From positions 69,874,685-69,938,684 of the forward strand of contig NC_081354.1 in NCBI RefSeq assembly GCF_030684315.1: DNA of 64,000 bases, read 5' to 3'. Position numbers and translations under genes: made by a program. The DNA comes from Stegostoma tigrinum (Eukaryota). Of this stretch, positions 62,190 to 64,000 are shown one piece after another. The stretch's first letter is position 1; each line of letters opens with the position of its first letter. The notes beneath the pieces were generated by a model. It did not search any database. It was not told where the DNA came from and was given only the letters and a program-made list of their open reading frames with translations.

Positions 62190-62531
62190 GTAGAAACATA
62201 GAATAGAATAGAAAACCTGCAGTGTAGAGAGGGGCCATTCAGCCCATAATGCCTGCACTGACCCCCTGAAAATAAATCACACAGACCCCATCCTATCACC
62301 CTGTGTTAACCATGGATGCACATCCCTGGGCAAAACAGCACAATTTAGCATAACCAATCCACCCAACCTGCACACCTTTGAACTGTGGGAGGAAACTGGA
62401 GCACCTGGAGGAAATCCATGCAGACACAGGTAGAACGTGCAAACTCCTCGGGCTGTCACCCGAGGCTGGAATTGAACCCAGGTCCCTGGCACTGTGAGAT
62501 AGCAGTGCTAACCACTGAGTCACCGTGCCAT
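62190..62531 (-). mobile_element. HE1/V-SINE-like SINE
   Basis: tRNA-like head at ~62470-62531 with the conserved core. Confidence 0.85.
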
Positions 62532-62894
62532 CCAAAAGTTACACCAGCTACATCGACAAACTAATGGAGTAGGTTCACCCTGACACTGGGATCTCCACCA
62601 AGGCCACAAACTACATGATCTCATTTGTTCAAGATATTTTACAGGGTATCATGAGAAGGCTTCTTGCTTGGCACATTACAACCCCTGCAGCAGCTTCAGC
62701 TCCTGAGTGATCCAAACTGCCATTTGCCTGCAGCTGCCAGGGGAACTGGCAAAGTACAGAGAGGGCAAAGCCAGAGACCAAGTCTACCAGCTCCACTTGA
62801 ACATTATATTGTACTGAAACAAAAACACACGCACAGCTAGATATTGCATGAACTGATGTGTTGCAACCTTAGGGAATAAGTTGAGCATCAAAGT

Positions 62895-63595
62895 GTAGCA
62901 CTTCACCTGCCCCTGCACCTCCCCTCTCACCTCCGTTCAAGGCCCAAGACAAACCTTTCCACATTAGACAGGGGTTCACCTCCATATCTATCAATGTGGC
63001 CTATTGCATCCGCTGCTCCCGATGTGGCCTCTTCTACATCAGTGATACCAAATGGATGCTCAGAGGCTGCTTTGTAGAACATCTGTGCTCTGTTTGCAAA
63101 TGACAACACCTTCCAGTTGCGAACCATTTTAACTGCCTCTCCCACTCCCTGGGTGACATGTCCATCCTGGGCCTCCTCCAGTGTCACAATGACACCATCT
63201 GCAAACTGGAGGAGAAGCACCGCATATTCAACCTTGGGAGCCCACAGGCCAATGGCCTAAATGTTTCAAAATCTCTGCACCCCCGACCTCAGCACCTGTT
63301 CAACCCTTCCTCTCAAACCCTCCTCCTGGACCTGAGACAACCTGCCCAACTTCTCTCCCACCTATTCGCTCCTCCCACCTCACTGGCCAAACCCCACCAC
63401 TCCCTACCTGCAATCACCTATCACCATCCCACCTACCTTCCCCAGCCCCACCCCTCCTCTTGCTATTTATTTCTGAACTCGCTTCACCCTCCTGATTTCT
63501 GAAGAAGGGTCCTAACCCAAAATGTTAACTTTCCTGCTCCTCTGATACTGCCTGGCCTGCTGTGTTCCTCCAGCTCCACATTGTGTTGCTTCTGT
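62895..63595 (+). mobile_element. Penelope-like element 3' part (GIY-YIG)
   Basis: VAYCIRCSRCGLFYISDT...NHFN...MSILGLLQC...IFNLGS, followed by a terminal repeat with a CTGAAGAAGGGTCC core. Confidence 0.82.
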
Positions 63596-64000
63596 TTTTG
63601 TTCTCAATTTACAGCATCTTCAGCCCTTTTAGTTTTTATTTGCTAATTTACACTTCTCGGTTTCAGAATTCAAATGGATTTAATTTTTGTAGTGGATTAG
63701 AACGTTCTGTAAAGTAAAAGGCACATTGTACATTGTACACTGAACATTAGTGTGCAGTTTTTCAAAAGATAATTCTCAGGTGAACTTCAATTTTGAACAG
63801 GTTTGGAAGAAGACACTCTCTCAATTGTGATGCTACACTTTCAAAGTATTGTTGCTTGATGACTTGCATTGTGTTTGTGATCTGTCTCTCTTTCCGATGA
63901 CAACTGGTGGCTGTCTGCAAAGAGCTCTTAGCTGATTTTAGAAAGTAGATAAAAAATGTGTTTGCCTCACCATGTAGTTCCAATAAGACTATTTGTGCTG

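Larger units (their letters stand above)
43790..63720. repeat. Tandem segmental duplication, unit 2 (contains D and E)
   Basis: Same anchors as unit 1. The units differ mainly by copy-specific transposon insertions and deletions. Confidence 0.85.

Overview
Vertebrate genomic DNA, most likely a cartilaginous fish (shark), inferred from the repeat content: CR1 LINEs, HE1/V-SINE-type SINEs and abundant Penelope-like elements (PLEs). The real genes are split into small exons, so the ORF track misses them. They form a cluster of five 4-exon, ELR-negative CXC chemokine loci of the CXCL9/10/11 type. Three are intact on the minus strand (A 4868-11665, B 27435-28780, D 46108-47564). Two plus-strand copies are dead (C 36616-37896, lacking exons 1-2; E 54436-58244, frameshifted). 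B+C and D+E lie in the two units of a ~19-20 kb tandem duplication. Promoters carry NF-kB, AP-1, C/EBP and IRF motifs. Most notable observations: (1) short fold-back PLE derivatives with hammerhead-ribozyme cores on both strands and 12-15 bp target-site duplications (TSDs), including two opposite-orientation insertions at the same paralogous site; (2) a 42-bp minisatellite that multiplies a STAT/GAS site (5 copies versus 2 in the paralog); (3) a single codon (TAA versus AGA/AGG) that switches a C-terminal tail on or off among paralogs. Exon coordinates were read base by base. Repeat boundaries and identity levels are by-eye estimates.
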